Shown one piece after another: positions 12,023-21,915 of a stretch of DNA of 64,000 bases (positions are counted from its first letter, which is position 1; each line of letters opens with the position of its first letter). Source of the DNA: Nitrospirota bacterium (GTDB taxonomy: Bacteria; Nitrospirota; UBA9217). A program made the position numbers and the translations under genes. The DNA lies in assembly GCA_963796285.1 (NCBI GenBank), contig CAWCKW010000010.1, forward strand, positions 1-64,000, written 5' to 3'. The notes beneath the pieces are model-generated. The model searched no databases, had not been told where the DNA came from, and was given only the letters and a program-made list of their open reading frames with translations.

Positions 12023-12202
12023 ATTAACCAACTATTTCAGAGTGTGTTCGGTGTTTTGCTTCAGGGCGAACAGAGAATCCGGAGAGAGACATAGTGAGAG
12101 TGATGTTTTGTCTTATCTCGGTAACCTCAGGTCCTTTGTGGTAAAAGCAGTTACGCAGTTTTGTGCTCTGAATAGTATGTCGTCTTATCGTAAGGAGCCC
12201 AT

Positions 12203-13551
12203 TTGAAATTCGAACCATTTAAGTTCCATTCGAGTATTACAGCCGGCATAAAGGCGCTCGGTTATACCACTCCGACCCCCATTCAGGACCAGGCGATCCC
12301 GCCGGTGCTGGCAGGGGCGCGATGTCATGGGCCTGGCGCAGACCGGGACCGGGAAGACGGCTGCTTTTGTGCTGCCGATCCTGGAGCGATCTGCTGCAGG
12401 GACCGCGCGGCCGTGTTCGCGCCCTGATCATCGCTCCGACGCGGGAGCTGGCCGAACAGATCCACGTTGCCATTGTCACGCTTGGCCGTGACACAAAATT
12501 ACGCAGCGTCACCATTTACGGCGGCGTGGGCGTGAACCCCCAGATCCAGAAACTGCGTGCCGGAGTTGAAATCGTCGTGGCCTGCCCCGGACGTTTGCTC
12601 GATCACCTCAATCAGAGAACGATCGACCTGTCGCATGTGGAAGTGCTCGTGCTGGACGAAGCGGACCGCATGTTCGACATGGGTTTCCTGCCCGATATCC
12701 GGAGAATCATCAAGCAGGTCCCCGCCAAACGCCAGACGTTGTTGTTCTCAGCCACGATGCCCGACGACATCCGGAAACTGGTGCGCGAAGTGCAGCACGA
12801 CCCGGTCACGGTGCAGGTCGGTCATAGCGCGCCGGCGAACACCGTATCGCACGCGCTCTATCCGGTCGAGCAGCACCTGAAGACGGCGCTTCTCATGGAG
12901 CTCCTGAAACACACGGATACGGAATCCATTCTGATCTTTACGCGCACGAAGCACCGGGCCAAACGCATTGGACAGCAGCTCGAAAAGGCGGGCTACAAGG
13001 CCGCATCGCTCCAGGGCAACCTGTCGCAGAACAAACGCCAGGCAGCTCTCGACGGGTTCCGCGACGGATCGTACCAGATCCTTGTAGCAACCGATATCGC
13101 GGCCCGCGGCATTGATGTCTCGTCCATATCCCATGTCATCAATTACGACATCCCCGACACGGCGGATGCATATACGCACCGTATCGGCCGCACCGGCCGG
13201 GCTGCAAAGACAGGCGATGCCTTCACCTTTGTTACCCATGAAGACGAACCTCTCGTGAAGAGCATCGAGCGCGTGCTTGGCGATAAGATCGAGCGCCGTC
13301 TCCTGAAGGACTTTGATTACAGGAAAACGGCGCCGGCGCGCGATGCCGAATTTGCGCGCCCGCCGCGCGAACCGCAGCGCCGCCGGGAGCATAGCGGGGC
13401 GAAACCAGCAGGGGGGAGAGCGGCGGAATCCCATAGGCCGGCACATCCGGGGGCACGGCCTCACGGTGTTGCCCCGCGTCCTTCCGGAACAACCCATCCC
13501 TCAGGCACCCGGACGTTCAAGCCGAGCCGACCGCGCAATCCAGGCCGCTGA
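12203..13551 (+). CDS. rhlE: DEAD-box RNA helicase, RhlE-like (frameshifts near 12315-12390)
   Basis: [44 protein letters not shown]. Confidence 0.9.
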
Positions 13552-13565
13552 GCAGTAATACAGAT

Positions 13566-13598
13566 AAAAAAAGGCGGTGAGATTTCTCACCGCCTTTT
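13566..13598. terminator. Bidirectional Rho-independent terminator
   Basis: A7-GGCGGTGAGA-T-TTCTCACCGCC-T4 between convergent genes. Confidence 0.85.
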
Positions 13599-13679
13599 GC
13601 ATATTGATTCAGAGTCATTCCCGGCAAGATGCCGTTGCGAATTATCGTACCATTTCCTGATTCGCAAGCTGCACTTGTT

Positions 13680-13997
13680 TTACGCTTTCTGGGCTGCTGC
13701 CTGTTTTCCCTTCACTGCCGAAGGCGCGGATACCACATACCCGGCGACCGTGCCCATGAGCCCGCCTACCACGAGGCACACGGTAGCTGCACAGGCCAGC
13801 CCAACCATGACACCCATGACCACCGCCGCCCTGACGAACAGTGTCGGCTCAACCGTGCCTCCCATCAGTTTCTGGAGCAGGACCAGTGTGCCGAAGCTTC
13901 CGAAGTAGAACCCGGGCATGATGCCGAATACCAGAAATATCAGACCTCCCACCGTTGCACCTATCTTCATCCCCGCTTTTACTGTTTCGTTCTTCAT
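13680..13997 (-). CDS. Small Gly-rich membrane protein (paralog of next gene)
   Basis: IGATVGGLIFLVFGIMPGFYFGSFG; three hydrophobic segments; RBS AAAGGAG. Confidence 0.75.
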   Translation of the reverse strand: MKNETVKAGMKIGATVGGLIFLVFGIMPGFYFGSFGTLVLLQKLMGGTVEPTLFVRAAVVMGVMVGLACAATVCLVVGGLMGTVAGYVVSAPSAVKGKQAAAQKA

Positions 13998-14051
13998 GAC
14001 GATCTCCTTTCAGCCGCAGCTGTATATTTTTTTGTGCTCTTCTTGATTGAA

Positions 14052-14375
14052 TTATTTAATTTTACTCATGACCGCAGTTTCCGGATCGAGTTGATGTCCT
14101 GATGCGTCAAGCACCCGTCCCAGGAGCCAACCTGTTGTTGATGTCGCCGTGACGATCGTGATGCCTGACACGACCACACCAACGAGCATGGAAGCGAGGA
14201 CGATCATGCGTGAGACGATCCCCGGTTCAAGAGGAAGGGTAAAAAGCAAACCGGCAAGCTTAATACCGGCTGCGCCGCCTAACAGGCTGCCGGGAAGAAG
14301 TCCGAAGATCGCAAAGATCACCAACCCTGCACCAGCCCCGATGTATGCTGCTTTTCTTGATAGTGTGTTTTTCAT
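14052..14375 (-). CDS. Small Gly-rich membrane protein
   Basis: IGAGAGLVIFAIFGLLPGSLLGGAAG; RBS AGGAGG. Confidence 0.75.
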   Translation of the reverse strand: MKNTLSRKAAYIGAGAGLVIFAIFGLLPGSLLGGAAGIKLAGLLFTLPLEPGIVSRMIVLASMLVGVVVSGITIVTATSTTGWLLGRVLDASGHQLDPETAVMSKIK

Positions 14376-14414
14376 TTTCGGTTCCTCCTGTTCGTAGTGT
14401 CTTGCCCTTGTTAT

Positions 14415-14431
14415 TGCATCTCGCATGCCAA
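14415..14431 (-). promoter_or_regulatory. Sigma54 promoter
   Basis: Minus strand TTGGCAT-GCGAG-ATGCA gives correct -24/-12 spacing, 40 bp upstream of ATG 14375. Confidence 0.55.
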
Positions 14432-14802
14432 AATATAACTGCTTGAATTTATGAGAAAGCAGCATGCAATTATTTTTGCAGAGATGAGAAAAGGCTGGAT
14501 GGAGTTTTAAGAATGCGAAGAAACGGGGTCACATGCGGGATGTTTTCCCTGACACAGATGATGCTGCGAGGCGGGTATTAAGGTAAACGGGCGCTCTTTG
14601 CATTCAAAGTTCTTGCACGTGCCCTGTTTGGCCAGTACTTGCTAGGCATAGCAAACTAATAGATCAGGCAAAGTGAAGATTGCGGCTGGAGGTCAATGCC
14701 ATGCTTATGCATATGCCTCAATTGAGAAACGCCAGCAGTCTGAAATGAAAAGGCGCCTCAATATGAGGCGCCTTGTGAATGATGTTATTTCCAGTATCTT
14801 GC

Positions 14803-16194
14803 CTATGACCAGCGGCTTGGGCTGCTTGGTCTGGATTTGCGGAAATCTGCGAATTTCCCGCCGTCCTGCCTGACGCTCTTCTTCTCGTCCCTGGAGAAAC
14901 GGCCGTCGGTATCCGACCGGCGCGTGGTTTTCGAACCAAAGGGAGTTCTTGATGAGGCGTTCTGCCCGTACCGTTTGCCGGCTGAGGCGCCCTGCCAGCG
15001 TTTCCCCGATGACGGCGCCGGGCTGCTTCCACTGCTCGATCGGCGTAAGGGGCGCGCCGGCTCCAGTCCCGTGATGACCAGCTGCGGGATGCTTTGTCCG
15101 ATGTAGCGTTCGATGCTGCGCAGGGAGTCGACCTCCCTGGACGATGCGAAGGAGATGGCGATGCCCGTTGCTCCCGCCCGTCCCGTGCGGCCGATGCGGT
15201 GGACGTAATCCTCGGCGTTCTTCGGAAGGTCGTAATTGATCACATGGGTGATGCCGGTGACGTCGAGTCCGCGCGCGGCCACGTCCGTTGCCACGAGCAG
15301 CCGGATCTTCCCGCGTTTCATGTTCATGATGGTGCGGTTGCGTGCGTTCTGGCTCATGTCGCCGTGCAGCGCCGCGGCCGAATGGCCCTGGGCGTGCAGT
15401 TCGTTCGCCAGCTGGTCGGCATTTCGCTTGGTGCCGGAGAAGATGATCGCCCTGGTCATGCCGCTGTCCGAGATCAGGTGCTTGAGCATGCGGTTCTTGT
15501 GCTGCATATCGTCGGCCGTGTGCAGGCGCTGTTCGATCGCCTCCAGCGTGGTCTTCTTGCCGGCGATCTCGATGCGCACCGGATTGTTCAACAAGCGCTG
15601 GGCGAGCCTGGCCATGGTATTGTCCATGGTGGCCGTGAACATCATGGTCTGGCGCGTGGACGGCGTCGCGGCCGCGATGGTGTCCACTGCTTCGCTGAAA
15701 CCCATGTCGAGCATGCGGTCAGCCTCATCGAGCACGAGCAGCTCGAGGCGGGAGAAGTTGATCTGTCCCCGTTCCATATGGTCCATGAGGCGTCCGGGTG
15801 TTGCAACGATCAGGTCCACGGGCTGCGATAAGAGTCTCTGCTGTTCGAAATAGGGCATGCCGCCGAGGATCGCACCGCTTCGGATGCGCATGAACTTGCC
15901 GTAGGTTTTTACCGCTTCGGTGATCTGGTTGGCCAATTCGCGCGTGGGCGTCAGTACGAGAACGCGGGGACCTTTGGATCTTCCTGTTGATGTTGAAGGG
16001 ACGCTCAAACGCTGGAGCGCGGGCATCACAAAGGCCGCGGTCTTGCCGGTCCCGGTCTGGGCCGTGGCGATCAGGTCCAGACCCGCCAGGGCCTTGGGAA
16101 TGGCCTGCTCCTGGATGGGCGTGGGCGTGGTATAGCCGCACAGTTTTATTGCCTTGAGGATCGGTTCGATGAGCTGCAATTTTGAAAAAGACAT
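14803..16194 (-). CDS. DEAD-box RNA helicase (RhlE-like)
   Basis: [48 protein letters not shown]. Confidence 0.95.
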   Translation of the reverse strand: MSFSKLQLIEPILKAIKLCGYTTPTPIQEQAIPKALAGLDLIATAQTGTGKTAAFVMPALQRLSVPSTSTGRSKGPRVLVLTPTRELANQITEAVKTYGKFMRIRSGAILGGMPYFEQQRLLSQPVDLIVATPGRLMDHMERGQINFSRLELLVLDEADRMLDMGFSEAVDTIAAATPSTRQTMMFTATMDNTMARLAQRLLNNPVRIEIAGKKTTLEAIEQRLHTADDMQHKNRMLKHLISDSGMTRAIIFSGTKRNADQLANELHAQGHSAAALHGDMSQNARNRTIMNMKRGKIRLLVATDVAARGLDVTGITHVINYDLPKNAEDYVHRIGRTGRAGATGIAISFASSREVDSLRSIERYIGQSIPQLVITGLEPARPLRRSSSGSSPAPSSGKRWQGASAGKRYGQNASSRTPFGSKTTRRSDTDGRFSRDEKKSVRQDGGKFADFRKSRPSSPSRWS

Positions 16195-16542
16195 ACTACT
16201 CCTTTGATCTCCTCTGCTGGAATGATACGATCCAGAAACAGAGATCCTGTTAGGGGTTTGCGTGCAGGCCGCAGGGACACAACTGTATCCCTGAGAGCGA
16301 AGACGACGCCAGCACAAATATGACCGGCATAACTACATCGTTCGCCAACCATACGTGCTGCTGTGATTTCAGAGTGGGAGCTGAAAACAAGGGGGGTTAG
16401 AGATCGATGATATGAAGGGCAGAGAGATGGTGACGTGTGAGTGTACTTCAGTCAAATCCTGCCGCATTGTTAAACAGTCGACGTGCATAATACAGGATTA
16501 TCGGGAAATAGCAAGAACTATTTTGAAATAATTGAGATAAAC

Positions 16543-17547
16543 TCACAAAGGCATGCTGGGGCGCGGGTTCAGGTCGAGGCGGGAGGTCTCTCCGCGCTGG
16601 TGATGGAGATATCCCGCAAGGGCGATCATGGCTGCGTTGTCAATACAAAGGTCCATGCCGGGAAGATAGAGCGTAATGCCGCGCTTCCCGGCTTCTTCCT
16701 TCATCCTCGCCCTGAGCAGGCTGTTCGCCGCAACGCCTCCGGCAACCACGATCTTGTCCGCACGTGTTTCGGAGGCCGCTTGCATGGTCCTGTCAACGAG
16801 CGTGTCCACGACCGCGGCCTGGAAGCTCGCCGCCACATCCTTGATATTAAGGCCCGGGTCGAGTCCCTTGTCCTTGCTCGTAAAGAGCGCAAGGTGGTTC
16901 CTGACCGCGGTCTTGAGCCCGCTGAAGCTGAAGTCATACCCTTCGAGATGGCCTCGCGGGAATTTCACTGCCCCGGGATCGCCCTCCCGTGCCAGCTTGT
17001 CGACCACCGGACCCCCGGGATATTCAAGGCCAAGCAGCTTTGCCACCTTATCATAGGCCTCGCCTGCCGCATCGTCCCGTGTCTGGCCAAGGAGCCGGTA
17101 TTCGCCGAGTCCCTTGACGTGATAGAGCGCCGTGTGTCCGCCCGACACGAGCAGTGCGAGGTAGGGGTAGCCGATGCCGGGATATTCAATGTGCGCGGCG
17201 AGGATGTGGCCTTCGCCGTGGTGCACGCCGATGAAGGGGATGCCTCGCGCATAGGCGATGGCCTTGGCGGCGGAAACGCCTACGAGCAGCGCGCCGATAA
17301 GGCCGGGTGTGTACGTGACCGCTACGAGGTTGATGTCCTGGAGCGCAACCGAAGCGGAGGCGAGCGCCTCGCGGATGATGGGCATGAGGTTCTTGAGGTG
17401 CTCCCGCGATGCCAGCTCGGGCACCACGCCGCCGAATTTTTTATGGATATCGATCTGCGAGGAGACGATGCTGGACAGGACCTTGTCGTCCTGCAGCACC
17501 GCAGCCGCAGTTTCATCGCATGAGGTTTCTATTCCGAGGGTGAGCAT
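16543..17547 (-). CDS. tsaD: tRNA t6A37 threonylcarbamoyltransferase TsaD
   Basis: LGIETSCDET, GGVVPELASREH, HHGEGH, LLVSGGHT, DDAAGEAYDK, FSFSGLKT, DNAAMIA. Confidence 0.96.
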   Translation of the reverse strand: MLTLGIETSCDETAAAVLQDDKVLSSIVSSQIDIHKKFGGVVPELASREHLKNLMPIIREALASASVALQDINLVAVTYTPGLIGALLVGVSAAKAIAYARGIPFIGVHHGEGHILAAHIEYPGIGYPYLALLVSGGHTALYHVKGLGEYRLLGQTRDDAAGEAYDKVAKLLGLEYPGGPVVDKLAREGDPGAVKFPRGHLEGYDFSFSGLKTAVRNHLALFTSKDKGLDPGLNIKDVAASFQAAVVDTLVDRTMQAASETRADKIVVAGGVAANSLLRARMKEEAGKRGITLYLPGMDLCIDNAAMIALAGYLHHQRGETSRLDLNPRPSMPL

Positions 17548-17552
17548 GTCGT

Positions 17553-17715
17553 TTTTACCGCAGAGAGCGCAGAGTACGCAGAGGAAGGCAGGTTAATAGC
17601 AGAAAAGAAAAAGAAGGCCTGTTGTTGAAAATAATAGCTTGACAGTAACAGCCCTTGTCCCTTATCGGACAATTTCCGGTTTTTTCAGCGACCTCTGCGT
17701 CCTCTGCGGTGAAAA
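17553..17715. repeat. REP-like palindromic intergenic element
   Basis: TTTTACCGCAGAG...CTCTGCGGTGAAAA with 9-nt-period CGCAGAG units. Confidence 0.65.
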
Positions 17716-17719
17716 TGGT

Positions 17720-18653
17720 TTAATTCATCAACCTCGACACGGGCACGATCTCGATCCCCTGGGTGTTGATGCCGGCAAGCCACTTTCTGAGTTCGTCGAG
17801 CGTGACAGGGTGCGGATGCCCGATGCCGATGGCCTTGCCGTGTTTTCGCGCGATGTCCACCAGCGCTGCCAGCTGTTCGCGGATATACGCCGGGTTGTCG
17901 CCTTCATTATCCAGGAACACATCGCGCTTGGCTGCTTTCATGCCAAACTCGATGGCGGTCGCGTAGGCCACGCTCTTCGGATTGGTCAAACTGTCGAGGA
18001 AGAAGAGATTGCGTGCCTTGAGCTCCGCCATCAGGAATTTCATGGCTTCCTTGTTTTCCGTAAGGGCCGAGCCTTCGTGGTTATTCACGCCGACGGCCCC
18101 GGGGACCGATTCCACGTCGTCGCTCACGGTGGTGAGGAACGCCATGGGGGTCATGTCGGCGCTCAGCGTGCCGGGGGACTGTGTTTTTTCGTGGTTCTTC
18201 AAGGGCTCCATGGGCATATGGAGAAGGACCTCACGACTGGCCTGTTTGGCCAGATTGGCAACATCTTTTGACTGCGGCAGTCCCGGCATAACAGCAACAG
18301 TGATGTTTCCGGGCAGCGTGAGGACCTCTTTTGCCTGTTTTACGTCCTGGCCCAGGTCGTCGATCACGATGGCGATCAGAGCCGTTTTTTCAAACGATCC
18401 CGCGACCAGGCTTTCGTGCGTGTTTTTTCGCTTCTTTTATTTGTTTTTTTGCTTTCGGGATTGTTTTCTTCTGCTGCGGTTCCTGTTTCGTTGTTTGCTC
18501 AACAGGCTTCTTTTCTTCCGCAACCCGGAACTTGCGAAGCGGACCCCAGAGCGTCAGCACGATCGCGACCAGGGCAATGACGATCCCCGCGATAACGATG
18601 CGGTCGAACGTACCGCCTGTGCCTTTGCCTCTGGACGAAGGTTTCTTTGCCAT
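17720..18653 (-). CDS. Divergent polysaccharide deacetylase family protein (frameshift near 18390)
   Basis: N-terminal TM; IVIDDLG, LHMPMEP, GVNNHEGS, FFLDSLT, RDVFLD, AIGIGHP. Confidence 0.88.
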
Positions 18654-18854
18654 GGCAAGATTTATACAATATTATGGCGAAAAACACCAGACATTTTTTG
18701 TTGCACGTTGCGGAGAAGGGGCACTGCTGCCGTTGAAAAGGCCGCTTTTTTAACAAACGCTGTTTTTTGGCTTGACTTAGTCAGTGACGGATTTTATACT
18801 GCATGCCACGCATGTACCCATGAAGGTGCGGTGCAGAGGAGGTTTTAACAGGCT

Positions 18855-19882
18855 ATGAGCTTCACCTATGTTCAAGAAATTCCGGCGCCCCAGGAGATCC
18901 TCGCAGCAATGCCGGTTTCCCCGGATCTCGTGGAGGTCAAAAAAAAACGTGATCAGGAAATCAAGGCGGCCTTTACCCGCCGGAACAGCAAATTGGTCCT
19001 GATCATCGGGCCGTGCTCGGCCCACGATGAGGAGGCGGTGTGCGATTACATCTCGCGGCTGGCAAAGGTCCAGGCAGAGGTGAAAGACACGATCGTCATC
19101 ATCCCGCGCATCTACACCAACAAGCCGCGCACCACCGGGATCGGGTACAAGGGCATGGCCCACCAGCCGAATCTCCAGGAAGAGCCGAACATCGTGGAGG
19201 GCATCAAGGCGATCCGGAAGATGCACATCCGCGCGCTGAAGGAATCCCATCTTCCCGCGGCTGATGAGATGCTCTACCCCGGCAACTATCCCTACCTCGA
19301 GGACGTCCTGAGCTATGTTGCCGTGGGTGCCCGCTCGGTCGAGAACCAGGCGCACCGGTTGACGTGCAGCGGCCTCGATATCCCCGTGGGCATGAAGAAC
19401 CCGACGTCGGGCGACATGGAGGTGACGCTCAATTCCATCCAGGCGTCGCAAGCTCCCCACGTCTTCAGCTACAACCGGTGGGAAGTGAAGACCTCGGGCA
19501 ATCCGCTCACGCACGCGGTGCTCCGGGGCGCGGTGGACTATCATGGCCGCGCTGTCCCCAACTATCATTATGAAGACCTCAAGGCATTCACCGAGTCCTA
19601 CCAGAAGCGCGGACTCACCAACCCTGCGATCATTGTGGACACGAACCACGCTAACTCGAACAAGCAGTATGCCGATCAGCCGCGCATCGCCATGGAGGTG
19701 ATGCAGAGCCGCCGGCACTCGTCCCTGCTCAAGGACATGATCAGGGGTTCATGATCGAGAGCTTTATCGAAGAAGGCGCGCAGAAGGTGACGGAGAACGT
19801 GTACGGCAAATCCATCACCGATCCGTGCCTGGGATGGAAGGATTCGGAAAAGCTGATCCGCGATCTGGCGGGGATGGTGTAG
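18855..19882 (+). CDS. aroG: 3-deoxy-7-phosphoheptulonate (DAHP) synthase, class I alpha (frameshift near 19748)
   Basis: IIGPCSAH, RIYTNKPRTTG.GYKG, VGARS, VGMKN, DTNHANS, then MIESF and GKSITDPCLGW in the shifted frame. Confidence 0.9.
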
Positions 19883-19884
19883 GG

Positions 19885-19990
19885 GCAGAGAGCAGAGAGC
19901 AGAGAGCAGAGAGCAGAGAGCAGAGAGCAGAGAGCAGAGAGCAGAGAGCAGCAGAGACTCAACTCTATGCGCTATGCCCCATGCTCTCTG
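19885..19990. repeat. Heptamer tandem repeat (GCAGAGA)x9 plus degenerate inverted heptamers
   Basis: Nine perfect copies 19885-19947, one more at 19951; downstream CTATGCG CTATGCC CCATGCT CTCTGC is partly complementary. Confidence 0.9.
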
Positions 19991-19999
19991 CAACTACGT

Positions 20000-20623
20000 A
20001 TGGATCTCTTCGACGCAATCCAGGGAAGAAAAAGCATCCGCCGGTTCAAGCAGCAGCCGGTGCCTGACGAGGACATAAACAAGATCCTCGATGCGGGGCG
20101 GCTTGCGCCCTCGGCGAACAACACTCAGCCCTGGAGCTTTGTCGTCATCAAGGACAAGGCGCTTCTTGCGAAGATGGCCGGTGCGGTGCGGGAGATGATC
20201 GACCGGATGATCCCTTTTGCCGGTGATGAGAAGCAGGCGCAGCGGCTTGCGGCGTACAAAGGCAGCTATTATACATTTTTTGAGCATGCCCCCGTGGTGA
20301 TCGCCGTGTTCATGGAAGGGTACAGCGCGGGAACGGACCGGCTGCTGGCGAGGATGGGGTATTCCGCTGGGGACATCAAGAGGCTCCGGCCCTTGCCCGG
20401 TCTTCAGAGCGTTTCCGCCGCGATCCAGAATATGCTTCTTGCGGTCCACGCTCTCGGCTACGGCTCCTGCTGGATGACCGGTCCGCTTGTGGCGCAGGAG
20501 TCGTTCGAGAAGTTGTTGGGTTACGGCAAGGACAAGTTCATTGCCGCGCTATTGCCGATCGGTGTCCCGGATGAGAACCCTCCGGCGAGGAGCAGGAAGC
20601 CGCTTGAAGAAGTAGTAAGATGA
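20000..20623 (+). CDS. Nitroreductase family protein
   Basis: AIQGRKSIRRF, APSANNTQPW, AIQNMLLAVHALGYGSCWM. Confidence 0.92.
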   Translation: MDLFDAIQGRKSIRRFKQQPVPDEDINKILDAGRLAPSANNTQPWSFVVIKDKALLAKMAGAVREMIDRMIPFAGDEKQAQRLAAYKGSYYTFFEHAPVVIAVFMEGYSAGTDRLLARMGYSAGDIKRLRPLPGLQSVSAAIQNMLLAVHALGYGSCWMTGPLVAQESFEKLLGYGKDKFIAALLPIGVPDENPPARSRKPLEEVVR

Positions 20624-20792
20624 TCGAACCGGTGTCTCCTCGCAAGGGAATGTCAGTAAAATCCGTTTTACATTTCCCGGGACAATCGCTATAATAACCC
20701 AGAAAATTCCCCGGGGACCCGGATAAGATCATTTCAGTTGTCCATCAGAGCCGATTATTGTCCGGGAGCATCGGTCGTACCTGAGAGCTTCT

Positions 20793-21599
20793 ATGCGAAT
20801 AGCCGGTATACAGATAAGCGCTGGCGAGGATATTGAACGGAATATCCAGCGAGCCGTGGAAATGGCGGAAGTGGCGGCTGAAAAGGACGCCAGGGTCATC
20901 TGCTATCCCGAGCTGTTCCTGACGCCCTGGTTCCCGAAACAAGAGAACAGGTCGCTCTTCTCACTGGCCTTAAGCCCGCTCGGCGAGACCTTCGCCAGGT
21001 TCCAGCAGGTTTCCGAGAAGACCCGGACCGTGCTCATCGTCCCGTTCTTCGAATCCGTCAGCGGCAAATACTTCAATAGCGCCGCGGTCTTTGATTGCGG
21101 TAAACTGCTCGGCAACTATCGCAAACTGCATCTCCCCGATCTTCCCCTCTATCGCGAACAGTTCTATTTTTCCCCTGGAGATACCGGGATCCCCGTGTTC
21201 GAGACGTCGCAGGGCAGGATCGGCGTCCAGATCTGCTGGGACAACCTTTTTCCCGAGGGCAGCCGGGTCCTTGCGCTTAAGGGCGCCGAGCTCGTGTTCG
21301 CGCCAACAGCCGCATCGGTCAAGACGCACAGTCTCTGGGAGCGGGCGATATGCGCCAATGCCTTTGCCAACAACCTGTTCATCTTCCGGGTCAACCGCGT
21401 GGGGAAGGAGGACGGGATCTCGTTCTACGGCAGGAGCTTCTGCGTGGACCCCTGGGGCGAGATGGCATCCGAACTCGCCGGTGGCAAGGAGGCGATCGTG
21501 ATCGCCGATATCGACCTCAAAGAGCGCGTTGCCGCCATGGAGACCTGGGGGTTCCTCAAGAACCGCAAGCCCGCCGAATACGGGGACTTGGTGAAGTAG
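20793..21599 (+). CDS. Carbon-nitrogen hydrolase (nitrilase superfamily; N-carbamoylputrescine amidase-like)
   Basis: E-K-C triad motifs YPELF, YRKLHLP, QICWD; NRVG. Confidence 0.9.
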   Translation: MRIAGIQISAGEDIERNIQRAVEMAEVAAEKDARVICYPELFLTPWFPKQENRSLFSLALSPLGETFARFQQVSEKTRTVLIVPFFESVSGKYFNSAAVFDCGKLLGNYRKLHLPDLPLYREQFYFSPGDTGIPVFETSQGRIGVQICWDNLFPEGSRVLALKGAELVFAPTAASVKTHSLWERAICANAFANNLFIFRVNRVGKEDGISFYGRSFCVDPWGEMASELAGGKEAIVIADIDLKERVAAMETWGFLKNRKPAEYGDLVK

Positions 21600-21915
21600 T
21601 GCTGCCGGGGGTGCTATCCTTTCAGACATAAATACAGAACATCGATTCCTAGGTGAGGTGTCCTGTTAAGCATCAAGGTGAGTGAAATGTTCATTGTGAG
21701 TATGTTCGTATCGCTAGTTCGTATCCCGGCACTGGTTGCAAGCAGTATCTTGCTTTATCAGGGCATATCGATCAAAGAGAAGTCAATAATCGTTGATTAG
21801 TGATCTCTGCAAAATGAATGCAATCCGGATCCGTAAGAGAATCGATAGAGTCGGGATACCAACGTTACTATGAGATAATACTTCATGATATTATCTCCCC
21901 CTGTCCTCACATCAT

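Noticed and set aside
19885-19957. CRISPR array, or the SREQRAE/LSALCSL repeat ORFs
   Set aside because: A spacerless 7-nt tandem repeat with no cas genes; the ORFs are translation artefacts of the repeat
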